Shown here one piece after another: positions 9,992-20,068 of a stretch of DNA of 64,000 nucleotides (within the stretch, counting starts at the first letter, position 1; each line of letters opens with the position of its first letter). The stretch comes from a virus (taxonomy: Duplodnaviria > Caudoviricetes). The DNA is taken from IMG/VR virus record IMGVR_UViG_3300035180_001680. The stretch is one strand, 5' to 3'. The notes under the pieces are model-generated. The model saw only the letters and a program-made list of their open reading frames with translations. It had not been told where the DNA came from and did no database searches. The position numbers and the translations under genes are program-made.

Positions 9992-10219
9992 TTAATCTAC
10001 GTTCCATATTAAATTAACAGAGTTCGTTTGTTGAGTTGCTGAAACATCCCAGCTTAAATTAACAGAGTTCGTTTGTTGAGTTGCTGAAACATCCCATATT
10101 AAATTAACAGTGTTCTTTTGTTGAGTTGCTGAAACATCCCATTTTAAATTAACAGAGTTTGTTACAATAGCATGAATTGAAACACCTTTAAAAAAGGAAA
10201 CATATCCACCTGGAATCAT
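9992..10219 (-). CDS. Small tandem-repeat protein (VNL.WDVSATQQ.N.)x3
   Basis: Three 15-aa repeats plus a partial fourth. Confidence 0.5.
   Translation of the reverse strand: MIPGGYVSFFKGVSIHAIVTNSVNLKWDVSATQQKNTVNLIWDVSATQQTNSVNLSWDVSATQQTNSVNLIWNVD
10004..10160. repeat. 45-bp tandem repeat, 3 full units plus a partial
   Basis: TTAAATTAACAG recurs at 10009, 10054, 10099 and 10144. Confidence 0.95.
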
Positions 10220-10509
10220 TAGTTGGTTACTCCATTAATATATTGTATTTATTAATGAGGTGATTACAACATGTTTACATATCTAAACCTACATATATGT
10301 CTTCAACTGAAGCATCGTCCCAATCATACTCCGAAAGACCCAAAATACTCAAATCAAAATCATCTGGGAACGTTAGTGTTGTAATCTGAACCCCATCACC
10401 CGAACCCCAATATTTATTCGTAGTCACCAGACACTCCATCCAAGTTTTTAACTTTCAATCGGAGTGTCTTTAAATCAATGTAACGAACTAGAACCATCTA
10501 TAAACTTCT

Positions 10510-10977
10510 TTAGTCATCTTTGTTCTCCTTTGATTTCCAATCATCACTGATTCCATTGTCAACAATAAAGTCAACAAAATCGTGCAACATCTTTCTTGTA
10601 GTTTCACGACCCATACATTCCGTGTCAAACGTTAGTGGTTCGTTGACCCCAATTTTTTCAAAAGACATTTGACCGAACCCTATTCCTAAACAGTTCCAAT
10701 CAAAATGCGCTGTTAAATAGTGGATGTCTTGTGTATCAAATTCAAATTTCATAGGAATTGCTATACTCTTAACGTTAGGATATAGTTTAAGGACATCCTT
10801 AAATTCCATTCCAACAACTGTCCAATCAGCTGACGTCCACTCACATTCGTGTATAAGTTGATTTTCCACAAGGAGCAAATCATCTTTAGTTACAAGATAT
10901 GTTGCAGTTTCTTTCCGTGGGTTGAAGAACATTGATTCTCCAACATATCCATCTGGGGGTCGAATGCTTTCACTCAT
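10510..10977 (-). CDS. Hypothetical protein
   Basis: 155-aa ORF with a GAAGGAAG site upstream. Confidence 0.6.
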   Translation of the reverse strand: MSESIRPPDGYVGESMFFNPRKETATYLVTKDDLLLVENQLIHECEWTSADWTVVGMEFKDVLKLYPNVKSIAIPMKFEFDTQDIHYLTAHFDWNCLGIGFGQMSFEKIGVNEPLTFDTECMGRETTRKMLHDFVDFIVDNGISDDWKSKENKDD

Positions 10978-11376
10978 TTAACTTCCTTTCCAATTTCTGC
11001 CGCAGCTCTAACAATTGCTCATCTGGTAGATGCAATGTTGTTATCACCAATCGTTTCTGAACATCCTGTCCATCTTTTAATATCCCACCACTCTCCTGAT
11101 ACGAGAACAACTTTACCCCAATAAGCCTGAGCATCTTGGTGTCCACAACCCTCCATATAAAATAAATTGTTTGTCTATGTAAGACCAGTAACCTATCTTA
11201 ATTCATCAATCACCTGGACAATCCATTTCACTCGAAAGTAAAATATTTGTACCGTTCAGAGGATCTGTACTAATCGGCTGCTATTCTTGTTCAACTCAAC
11301 TGCTGCTAATAAACGATCTGCAAATTCTATAAACACCAAATCCATCACAATAAAAGTAGCGATTTGTCTTTGTTGA

Positions 11377-11658
11377 TCATTCATTTGTATTTTCTCTAAA
11401 TTTATCAAGCCAACGTTCATACGTTTCTCTAGAACCCCAACATTCGGCAGGAAGTTCATTGTATACATACACAACAAGAGCTGGAAGATTATTTTGATTA
11501 TAGGAGTCGGCTCTACTGACTGCACTAACTAAATCATTAGACACGACTGCTTCTAAAAAGCCTCCCAACGGGACTCCATTAAACGCATATCGACGTAGTT
11601 CATCAATTGTGTTTTGGGGAACGTAATACCCAAGATGTCGATAACCAGTTTCAGTCAT
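11377..11658 (-). CDS. Conserved phage hypothetical protein
   Basis: G.P.GGFL.AV.SNDL..A..RAD..N....P....Y.YN..P..CWGS motif. Confidence 0.65.
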   Translation of the reverse strand: MTETGYRHLGYYVPQNTIDELRRYAFNGVPLGGFLEAVVSNDLVSAVSRADSYNQNNLPALVVYVYNELPAECWGSRETYERWLDKFRENTNE

Positions 11659-12445
11659 TTCGTGAACCCAACTCTTTGTTTAAATTAATATTCATTTCAC
11701 ATTTTCTCCTGTTATTAAATAAAGAAGGTTAATCAATGTATTATATCTCTGCTTTCCTGTGTGATGTTACAAAATACCTTATTGGTGGTGATACAGGAAC
11801 TAACACGGGCCACTACTAGTATCCCAAATCTTATCCCACTTTCGAATCAAGTCCATTCGCTATTGTTGCCTGATTAAAATACGAATTAGGCTTAATTGCT
11901 TCTTTGTTGATATCCATCTATTGTACCACGCTCATACCATTCATTGTAGACTTGTTGTTCTTTAGATGAATACTCTAATGTGATATAAGTTAAAATTTTT
12001 TCAAGCAGTTCACCAATTAAAAATTATTTAAAGGGTTATCTACTTTTTACAAAAGTTCATGATGTCACAAATGAATGAAGTATTTGTTTTATACTTTTTG
12101 TTATGATATCAATATATTATTAACGTTATTGTATATTAGTGTGGGGAATATGTCAACACACAGATAATCTGTTGTTTTAACAGAAGAAATAACCCGCGGC
12201 AATACAGGGGTTTGATGGATTGAAAACCCGCATGAATACACGGTTGGTACAATGTAACTAGGTTTTTGTGACTTTAATGGTAGTTGGGACAATTTTATAT
12301 CCTCGAATAAACAAAGAGTTAAAAGGAAATTGGAGAAAATACTTATTTGTTTACTAGTAAACTTATCTTAACAAAGAAGAAAACAATAATTTGACATATT
12401 TTTTGAAATGATTTATTGTTTACTAGTAAACAATAAGAGAACAAA

Positions 12446-12790
12446 ATGGATTATTCTTTGAAAAGTTTGATTGGTATACCAATAATGATGAACTATGATA
12501 CAAACAACGATAATAGTATTCAATGTGTTGGTATTATCCACGATATTACAGATGGTTTGATAGTGTTCCAACCTATTGAAGTTGTTAATGTTGTAATATC
12601 CAATGATCCTCACACTTCTGTTGTTACTGTATGTGATTCATATTCAACAGTATCTGCTTATAGTGTATATCGTATCATCTCTATACATAAAGTTACATAT
12701 GATTATCTTGTTAACCCTGGTGAAACGGTTATTCTTACTGATGTTTATCGCTATAGTACATCTCATACTAATAATCATCCTGTTAAATAG
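12446..12790 (+). CDS. Hypothetical protein (uncertain)
   Basis: 114-aa ORF in a compositionally odd, gene-poor region. Confidence 0.35.
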   Translation: MDYSLKSLIGIPIMMNYDTNNDNSIQCVGIIHDITDGLIVFQPIEVVNVVISNDPHTSVVTVCDSYSTVSAYSVYRIISIHKVTYDYLVNPGETVILTDVYRYSTSHTNNHPVK

Positions 12791-12998
12791 TATTTGATTT
12801 TGGTTTTGATTTTGGTTTTGGTTTGAAAAGGAGAGGGGGTATTAGGGTAAAGTCAACAAACGACTCGGTTACCCTTTTTATAGTTTGTAATAGGGTCGTC
12901 CAGTTCCAAACTATAACCTATCATTATCCCACATTTTTCCAAGGAAATCAACGTTTGGTTCGGATCAACGTTGTTCCAAAACGGTTTTGGACGATCGT

Positions 12999-13226
12999 CA
13001 AACCCCACTGTTCATGCGGGGTTTGAGTGTGTCTGAACCCACGATTCATGCGGGGTTTGAAGCGCATCAAACCCCACTGTTCATGCGGTGTTTGAAGCGC
13101 GTCAAACCCCACTATTCATGCGGTGTTTGAAGCGCGTCAAACCCCACTATTCATGCGGTGTTTTGGTGTGTCTGAACCCACTATTGATGCGCGATTTGAA
13201 GCGCGTCAAACCCCACTATTCATGCG
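12999..13226. repeat. Tandem array of about 7 hairpin-forming 34-35 bp units
   Basis: Unit CAAACCCCACTATTCATGCGG(G/T)GTTTGAAGCGCGT, starting at 12999, about 13034, 13068, 13103, 13138, about 13173 and 13207; internal inverted repeat CAAACCCC...GGGGTTTG. Confidence 0.93.
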
Positions 13227-13370
13227 AAGGTTGACACAAAGAACCACCCCGTCAATAGTGGGTTGACGAGTGCCCATTATACTGTGGAACACCTTGTTGT
13301 GAGCATTGAATGTTTTGATGTGCTGATAGAAAGAATTTTGTTGACTGCTGAATTGCTCTAAAATAAGAGT

Positions 13371-13436
13371 TGTATACCTCCCTACTGACCCCTGATGTCA
13401 TGTAAGTATTATCTCATATCGTTACCCTAAAGTCAA
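13371..13436 (-). promoter_or_regulatory. Promoter plus G-rich leader element, copy A
   Basis: TTGACT (13436-13431), N17, GATAAT (13413-13408), then ACTTACATGACATCAGGGGTCAGTAGGGAGGTATACA; no ORF follows. Confidence 0.8.
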
Positions 13437-13706
13437 CAAAAAGTTCACCAAAGGTATACCTTTGGTTTCCCGTTGTAACTCTTTGATTATAAACAATATT
13501 TATTTTTAGTAAGAATTGAAGGAAAAATAATTTGGTGTTTTTCCATGAAAAAATGAAATCATAACTCTTTGATTATAAAGAGATTGTTGAAAAAATTGGA
13601 ACGTAGTTAGTTGATTATACAGGAGATTTTTTTACGAACTTTTTGTAATAGGGTAAAAGATATGTTGTTAAGTTGTGACCCTATTAGGATTTTGAATTTT
13701 TCAATT

Positions 13707-13751
13707 CCGCATGAATAGTGGAGTTTGTTTAGTTTGAGACCGGTGTAGAGT
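13707..13751. repeat. 45-bp direct repeat, copy 1 (copy 2 at 14071-14115)
   Basis: CCGCATGAATAGTGGAGTTTGTTTAGTTTGAGACCGGTGTAGAGT, 2 mismatches between copies; the first 15 nt are the reverse complement of the array core. Confidence 0.92.
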
Positions 13752-14070
13752 CGATTTTTACAAAAAGAAAGAGCCTGGGAAGGCGGACACCTGCCCCAAG
13801 CTCTATTCTCTGTCATACGGCTTCTCATGGACGTCCGCCCACTTACACCTCTATTTTCATAGCGCCGTCCAAAATTCTGGAACCGTCTCCCGGCCTCTCA
13901 ACACCACAAGCAACGCGGCCGAAATGTGTGCTTACTATTACACCACTTGGCATATTAACAAAGTGAGGACTCGAACTCCTTACCTATCAATGAATGCCCA
14001 TCACTCAACTCACTAAAGACTATTATACCCAATTACTGAAGAAAGTCGACTGATTTTCGTTTTTAATGAT

Positions 14071-14115
14071 CCGCATGAATAGTGGAATTTGTTTAGTTTG
14101 AGACCGGCGTAGAGT
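14071..14115. repeat. 45-bp direct repeat, copy 2
   Basis: CCGCATGAATAGTGGAATTTGTTTAGTTTGAGACCGGCGTAGAGT. Confidence 0.92.
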
Positions 14116-14119
14116 AAAA

Positions 14120-14416
14120 TTACATACTCCAAAATCGTTCCGTGGATGGGTCAACACATGAATCAACATCTGATGCTCTAATTTGAACAGGTGCCCCGGT
14201 CATTAAACTTTTAACTTCGACCATTGGTTCAATAGATCGGAAATGGTCATATGTAGTTACGGCCCAATGTTCTGGAATGAACCATTGATTCTCTTCTTGC
14301 TGTTTGATGAGCTTCGTTAGAGCCCCCTTTGCGCTACGTTCTGTTGAATACGTCTTTGCGGAATAATTGGGCCGATAAAGAGAAAAATTTGTTGTGTTGT
14401 AGATTATAAAAGACAT
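14120..14416 (-). CDS. Hypothetical protein
   Basis: 98 aa; C-terminal CVDPSTERFWSM motif; coupled to the upstream stop codon. Confidence 0.65.
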   Translation of the reverse strand: MSFIIYNTTNFSLYRPNYSAKTYSTERSAKGALTKLIKQQEENQWFIPEHWAVTTYDHFRSIEPMVEVKSLMTGAPVQIRASDVDSCVDPSTERFWSM

Positions 14417-14709
14417 TAGAGTTCCTCCGATGGGCTATCTTGGATTGTGAATTTGATCATACTGAATGTGTATAGCGGAACGTTCTCGTTGTTCATACAT
14501 GTAACAACAGGGAGTCCATTAACAGGACGTTGGTAGATGATAGTTGATTCTTCACTCGATTGTTGGAGAATTTCCTGTTGGAGAATTTCCATCGTACGAA
14601 TCATGAAGTTCAAACATTTGGTCTTATTGAAGAATATATTGTCACTGGCTTCTGATGAGAGAAGCGTTGAGGAAATATTGAAACCATACATATTGTGTTT
14701 TGTTTTCAT
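14416..14709 (-). CDS. Hypothetical protein
   Basis: ATG at 14709 overlaps the TGA of an upstream 22-codon ORF. Confidence 0.5.
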   Translation of the reverse strand: MKTKHNMYGFNISSTLLSSEASDNIFFNKTKCLNFMIRTMEILQQEILQQSSEESTIIYQRPVNGLPVVTCMNNENVPLYTFSMIKFTIQDSPSEEL

Positions 14710-14900
14710 GATCTTACAATTTCTTGTGAACAACCAAATTCGAATAAATCAAAATTCATAATATGAAATGACATCTGTGTTCTCCTTAACTTGATGTGAA
14801 CATTATCTCACAAATGTGACAGAAGATCAACCGTTGACCTGGTAGGTTGGCCTAATAAGATCAACTGTTGACCTGGTAGGTTGGCCTAAAACGTTAGTTC

Positions 14901-14964
14901 TATACCTCCCCACTGACCCCTGATGTCATGTAAGTATTATACCTTTTTGTTACCCTAAAGACAA
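14901..14964 (-). promoter_or_regulatory. Promoter plus G-rich leader element, copy B
   Basis: TTGTCT-N17-TATAAT, then ACTTACATGACATCAGGGGTCAGTGGGGAGGTATAGA, nearly identical to copy A. Confidence 0.8.
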
Positions 14965-15097
14965 CAGATAAAAAGAGGGCCCCATTGCAGGGCCCTATAA
15001 AGGTTTGTGCTGCGGTACGAGCAACCCGATCGCTTCTACTGTGATGTTTCTAGTAGTCCTGACCTGTTATGTCGTCTGAACACAAACGGTAAAGAGA

Positions 15098-15382
15098 CTA
15101 TACATCCCTTACGTATTCTTCGGCAACGGATCCAATCGTTATTTTTGCAGTTTCAAGAAAATTCTTTGAATATACATCACGCAGTAAATCCTCTGCTTCG
15201 AGACACAGCTGGCTCGAATTTGATAACACCTTCCGATATATCATTTTTGTAGTATCGTCTGAAGAACTGATCATCTGCTTCGCAAAGGACTGCTCTTCAT
15301 TCAGGATAAACCACGCAAGCAATTCTGCCATTTCATCATATGATATCTCTTCAGCAAGCTCGATAAGGTTAATTGAATTCAT
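15098..15382 (-). CDS. Hypothetical protein
   Basis: 94-aa acidic helical ORF. Confidence 0.55.
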   Translation of the reverse strand: MNSINLIELAEEISYDEMAELLAWFILNEEQSFAKQMISSSDDTTKMIYRKVLSNSSQLCLEAEDLLRDVYSKNFLETAKITIGSVAEEYVRDV

Positions 15383-15499
15383 TTGATTTTATCTGTTTGA
15401 GCAGTAAGTGTGAACACTATACCACATTTGACCCAAACATACAACAGAAAAAGAAAAAGCCTGGGAGTTCCAGGCTTTGTGTGTTGTATGTTTGGGTTG

Positions 15500-15730
15500 T
15501 TAACGAATACCGTCGTCAATCTTGTCGTATCGACCTGAAGGTAAATATCCGGGGTGGCGGCGTTTAGCTTCTTCAGCTACGTTACCGATACCTGAAGCTC
15601 GAATGTATTCAGTAATTTGAGTTGGTCCTTCTGTGCATGCCCCCATCTTAATCATCGTTACCTTGTAAAGGGGATACATATTGAGATTTACAAAAGAATT
15701 GTTCATTTTACTTCCTTTCCTTATACACAT
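15500..15730 (-). CDS. Hypothetical protein
   Basis: Part of a tightly packed minus-strand operon. Confidence 0.5.
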   Translation of the reverse strand: MCIRKGSKMNNSFVNLNMYPLYKVTMIKMGACTEGPTQITEYIRASGIGNVAEEAKRRHPGYLPSGRYDKIDDGIR

Positions 15731-15930
15731 TGAAAAATAGTACCATCAGGAAGATTATAAACAGGCCATCCCCCGATGAAGAATAGATTCGCTGGATCTT
15801 TAATGAGACCCATTGTTCTAACAAGTTTGCAGTATTGGGTGTAATTGAGTTCGGCGTTCATTGATGGAATATACATCCGAACGTTGTATGGATTCGGTTT
15901 TTCCATATGAGCGTAATTGGTCATTTGCAT
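15721..15930 (-). CDS. Hypothetical protein
   Basis: Part of a tightly packed minus-strand operon. Confidence 0.55.
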   Translation of the reverse strand: MQMTNYAHMEKPNPYNVRMYIPSMNAELNYTQYCKLVRTMGLIKDPANLFFIGGWPVYNLPDGTIFQCV

Positions 15931-15931
15931 T

Positions 15932-16186
15932 TTAGTGTATCACTTCTGTATCTTTAAAAAGGAATACCCCATCATCCCCGAATTTAGGGAAAAGTTCAAC
16001 GCTGGAGATTTCGAGTGGGGAAGTATAAGAGTCTATGAACTCAAACGTCGCATTAACATCGTATCCGAAATTGAGTGCAAATCTTGTCAAAGCATCCGTT
16101 GATGCGTCGTCGAAGGAATCAAAGGTCTTCTCTGACCCTTCGTATATTAATTTGGTCTTCTTATCGACGATGCTTACTTTGTACAT
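15932..16186 (-). CDS. Hypothetical protein
   Basis: Stop/start coupling with neighbours. Confidence 0.6.
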   Translation of the reverse strand: MYKVSIVDKKTKLIYEGSEKTFDSFDDASTDALTRFALNFGYDVNATFEFIDSYTSPLEISSVELFPKFGDDGVFLFKDTEVIH

Positions 16187-16383
16187 CAGTTGACCCTATA
16201 TGAGAAGTTTGTCGGAGGTGCAACAAAGAAGTTGTAATCTTTGGTGGACCTTACGACGAGATCGTCATAGAAAGTTGTCAAAACTTCTGCTGCAAACATC
16301 AGTTGTTGAATTTCATCATTGGTTAATTCAGGTGTTGAATCACCATTGTCAAAAATCTGTTGAGTCATTTGTTGGTCCTTCAT
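16186..16383 (-). CDS. Hypothetical protein
   Basis: Stop/start coupling with neighbours. Confidence 0.55.
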   Translation of the reverse strand: MKDQQMTQQIFDNGDSTPELTNDEIQQLMFAAEVLTTFYDDLVVRSTKDYNFFVAPPTNFSYRVN

Positions 16384-16739
16384 GATAGATCCTTTTTATA
16401 AACACTAAACATTTTGGAGTTGAAATTGTTGAATGAAATCCAATCAGCATCTTCCAATCCACGAAGTTTGAATATTAAATACAAACCACGATCTTCAGGG
16501 TCACATCTTGGATCAATGATGTCAGCTAGGCTGACTGCATCAACATATTCTGTCCCAAACATGATCACTGTATTCTGGTTGGGTTTGTAATGTTCCAACG
16601 TTTCATCAGAATTCGCGTACGCGCTTACGAAATGTAGATTCGATAATAACCGAATAATCGAATCACTAACAGCAAACTGTGTCATTTCAACTCCTTCAAC
16701 GGTATAATGTATTGTATACCAAAAGGGTGAAGAAGTCAA
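16380..16739 (-). CDS. Hypothetical protein
   Basis: 119 aa with a GAGG site upstream. Confidence 0.6.
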   Translation of the reverse strand: MTSSPFWYTIHYTVEGVEMTQFAVSDSIIRLLSNLHFVSAYANSDETLEHYKPNQNTVIMFGTEYVDAVSLADIIDPRCDPEDRGLYLIFKLRGLEDADWISFNNFNSKMFSVYKKDLS

Positions 16740-16758
16740 CCCTCTTCACCCTTATTGT

Positions 16759-17871
16759 TTACTGCATTACACCATAAAAAGCTTGAGTTGGGTCCAAAAA
16801 TGCATTTGGAACACGAGTATCACGTTCAACATTCAACAGCCTCTTATTACGTTGTTCACCTTCAAGCAATAACGAATTTGCCATCCGTTGAAGACCAATG
16901 TCGGAAGAGTTGGTCGATGCGGTCGTGTGTGAATACATTTCAGTCACCAAATTCCAAGCATCAAAAGATGACAAGTGACCGACAACTCGTTGTGCAACTG
17001 AACGATCATCAAACACGTTTGGAAGATAGATATCAGCCAAATGGATCTGTGGATTAGCGATGTTACTGATTGTACGAAGACGATGAAGTTCATCTGGATG
17101 TATGTCGTGCATCTGTTTAATCCGAAGATTGGCGTGGTCAGTGATAGCAAGTAACTCACCAACTGTTGCACGTTCTTGACCCATTTCAAGAATCCGAGCT
17201 TTGACACGACTCTGGACTTTGTTTTGGATCTGGGTGTACGAGATGTCCATATGTTCTTCCCATCGATTGATCATAGGAATTTTTGCGTTAAAGAATTCAG
17301 TAAGACCAACCATACCGTTCGTGCAGATCTGGCGAATCAGTTCAAATACACCACGAATATGTTGACTGAACGGAGACCAGCTGTAACTCAACTGTGACGT
17401 GAATAATCCACCTTGTTGGTACTCGGTGATGTCGAGAGTTTGTTCACCCCATGGATTGGACAACAAAATATCACTTTGAGTGGTATCAACTTTGATCGCC
17501 CGAGCCAAAGGATTGACTTTAGCAACACCGATTGTATCGATCAGTTGCTGGATCGCAGTGTTATCTTGAATAAAACCGTTGTACGATCCATCACGGAAAT
17601 CAACGAGTGTGTTGTTGATGGTGAAGAACTTTCCACCGACCATTCGTTTAGCCAAAGCTTCTGGAGGAGTAAAAGAGAGTGATTGAGATACACGTGACGT
17701 TGGTTTGAATTGGTGAATGATTTCACCGTCATTGATGGAGATTATTGCAGAAGTCTTTTTTTCGGACTTCAGTTCAGAGATTTCAACTTTTTGGGCTTGA
17801 ACTACTGCCCAATCATTCACCTCGAGATGTTGATGTTGTTTGGGGGTAAGAACACGTTGTCCGAGTTGCAT
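16759..17871 (-). CDS. Hypothetical protein, weakly DUF932-like
   Basis: 370 aa; RQICTNGMVG resembles the R..C.NG motif of DUF932-type proteins. Confidence 0.5.
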   Translation of the reverse strand: MQLGQRVLTPKQHQHLEVNDWAVVQAQKVEISELKSEKKTSAIISINDGEIIHQFKPTSRVSQSLSFTPPEALAKRMVGGKFFTINNTLVDFRDGSYNGFIQDNTAIQQLIDTIGVAKVNPLARAIKVDTTQSDILLSNPWGEQTLDITEYQQGGLFTSQLSYSWSPFSQHIRGVFELIRQICTNGMVGLTEFFNAKIPMINRWEEHMDISYTQIQNKVQSRVKARILEMGQERATVGELLAITDHANLRIKQMHDIHPDELHRLRTISNIANPQIHLADIYLPNVFDDRSVAQRVVGHLSSFDAWNLVTEMYSHTTASTNSSDIGLQRMANSLLLEGEQRNKRLLNVERDTRVPNAFLDPTQAFYGVMQ

Positions 17872-17925
17872 TTTGTGACCTTTCGTTTCAAAGGATTAGT
17901 AAAGTTTTGATGCGTTTGTTGTGAT

Positions 17926-19077
17926 CTACACAACAGAGACATTATCTACTATCTTTGGGGAACTCACAACGAAACTTTCATTATATCTCGTCTCCAATTC
18001 TTGAACTGACAGTAGGGGAATTGCAGTTTTGGATGTATCACGGATAATTGATTTCCGTTTTGTTTTGTCTTTCCAAAAATGACCTTTCGACATCAAGTAC
18101 TTAATAATCTGACGAAGAGCAAAGATTTGATTAGGAGTGGTAGCATTGTACTGCATTCCCAATAACCACGACAGTGCATGTGTGAATTTCAAACCAATAT
18201 CAGTTGTTGCCTTGACCTCTTTCGGAAGTCTTGGAATGTTCACTGTCTTCAGTTGAATCATCATTTTTGGGAGTTGGAGTGGTTGAATACTCTCGTAATC
18301 AAATTGATCAGTGAGTTCTTTTGCTGACCGAAGAGCAAAGTTCAAATTAACAGCAATTTGTTTGTCAACACCTTTCAGAGATGAAACCAAAGATGCTGGT
18401 TTTCCACTATCTGACTCCACGTCTGATGAATGCAAGATTCGTGCATTTTCAGTTCCAAGCGTCTTCCATATTGGAGCAGAGATACTGAATGTGTCCAAAT
18501 TCGGAAGAATTGCAACACACGCACGACTTTCTTGTTCTGCAGGTTTGAAATTCAGATAAGTGAAATGAATCGCTTCACAAGGAACTGAACGAAATAGTCC
18601 ATGTTCATCAATCTGTTTACTTGACTTTACCAAATCAAGCATTGTTTGGTTTTCCCAATGTACTCCAAAGTTATAGACGTATAGTCCATCAAAGAACCAA
18701 TCAACATTGGAATTATCAAAGAAAGTACTGACTGCATTACGAAAATGAATTTCCGCGTTTGAAGTCCAAACACGTTCAGTTCCATCAATAGATTCAATTA
18801 CCCGACTGTTTTCATTGGCTTTTTCGATCGTTATAACTTTGTCACCGTACCACATGATTAGACCTTCATGTGGGACGAAGAACTGGGACATTCCATATTT
18901 CACTTTGAACATACGAGCAAGAGATAAAGGAATATCAATTTTGATGAATTTCTCTTTGCCAGTATCAGCAAACACCTTTTCATCGAGTATGGACATTGAA
19001 CCACCAAGAGCTGTGGACACACGTTTGATTTTGACATTTTGGAACCGAACTTTTGAATGATCAAAAGGTAGAATCAT
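17926..19077 (-). CDS. Hypothetical protein
   Basis: 383-aa ORF with a GGAG site upstream. Confidence 0.75.
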   Translation of the reverse strand: MILPFDHSKVRFQNVKIKRVSTALGGSMSILDEKVFADTGKEKFIKIDIPLSLARMFKVKYGMSQFFVPHEGLIMWYGDKVITIEKANENSRVIESIDGTERVWTSNAEIHFRNAVSTFFDNSNVDWFFDGLYVYNFGVHWENQTMLDLVKSSKQIDEHGLFRSVPCEAIHFTYLNFKPAEQESRACVAILPNLDTFSISAPIWKTLGTENARILHSSDVESDSGKPASLVSSLKGVDKQIAVNLNFALRSAKELTDQFDYESIQPLQLPKMMIQLKTVNIPRLPKEVKATTDIGLKFTHALSWLLGMQYNATTPNQIFALRQIIKYLMSKGHFWKDKTKRKSIIRDTSKTAIPLLSVQELETRYNESFVVSSPKIVDNVSVV

Positions 19078-19178
19078 TTACTTCTCCATGTGCTGATTGA
19101 CAGAACACAACCATTATAAATGAAAATGAGGGGAAAGTCAACTACTTTTCCCCTCAAAACATGGTCTTTGGTGGACCT

Positions 19179-19847
19179 TTAGTCGAAATTAATGTGCATC
19201 TTGATTGTTCGTTTTGCTTCGAATTTCACTGGATTTTTGAGAATTAGTTTATCAATCTGGTCAAGAACACCAACACGAAAATCTTCTATTATATCGTTTG
19301 CGTAGTCCTTTGCCATATTTGCCACATCTTGTGAGTTAGGGATTGATTGAGTTGGGTAATCTTCGTACATCAAAACAACAGACTCTGCCATCATTTCAAT
19401 CGCGAATTTTGCAAAAGCAGATTCAGTTTTGAATGTTCCAAACTCTTTTACAAAGTTCGAGAGGTCACTAGTTGTTTGCGTTGGTGTGACAGTAGGAGTG
19501 ACCACTGGAATATTTGGAGCATTTTTTGGAATTGCTGATGCAACACCACTGAATACAATTTTCAAGTGTCCACCAACCATATAGCTGGTATATGCTGGCT
19601 TGAGTTGTTTGGAAATGTAGACCTTTTCAACACCAGGAATCTTCATCAAATCAGGAATACATTTTTCCCGTTCTTTGTGAGTCAGTCCATCGGAATATCG
19701 TTCAATTTTGTATACAACATTCTTGGTTCGTGGGCGGGTACCTTTATGTCCACGCATGTTGGAAGATGGACCATCTGCATAATATGTGAAGTTGGGGTTA
19801 CCACCATGATCAACGATTACTGCACGGATATCACCAATTCGAGACAT
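19179..19847 (-). CDS. Hypothetical two-domain protein
   Basis: 222 aa with a P/T-rich linker; AAGGAG site and a TTGACA promoter upstream. Confidence 0.7.
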   Translation of the reverse strand: MSRIGDIRAVIVDHGGNPNFTYYADGPSSNMRGHKGTRPRTKNVVYKIERYSDGLTHKEREKCIPDLMKIPGVEKVYISKQLKPAYTSYMVGGHLKIVFSGVASAIPKNAPNIPVVTPTVTPTQTTSDLSNFVKEFGTFKTESAFAKFAIEMMAESVVLMYEDYPTQSIPNSQDVANMAKDYANDIIEDFRVGVLDQIDKLILKNPVKFEAKRTIKMHINFD

Positions 19848-20068
19848 TTATTACTCCTTACGTTTTAACAGAGACATTGTCTCATATTTTACCCTGAATG
19901 TCAACACGACTATTACCTTTTTAGCGGTTTTCCGTTCGAGGTATTATCCGTAAATTGGACATACAAAGTAAGCCGCACACTTCATTACTGTTTAGTGGTT
20001 CGATGTGGTCAACTCCATATCGCTCCATAAGCATTATACCTACAGGAGTGTTTAATCCAGGTTTACTT

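Noticed and set aside
12999-13226. CRISPR array
   Set aside because: The repeats are hairpin-like, but the linkers are only about 8 nt and near-identical rather than unique spacers; no cas genes in the window.
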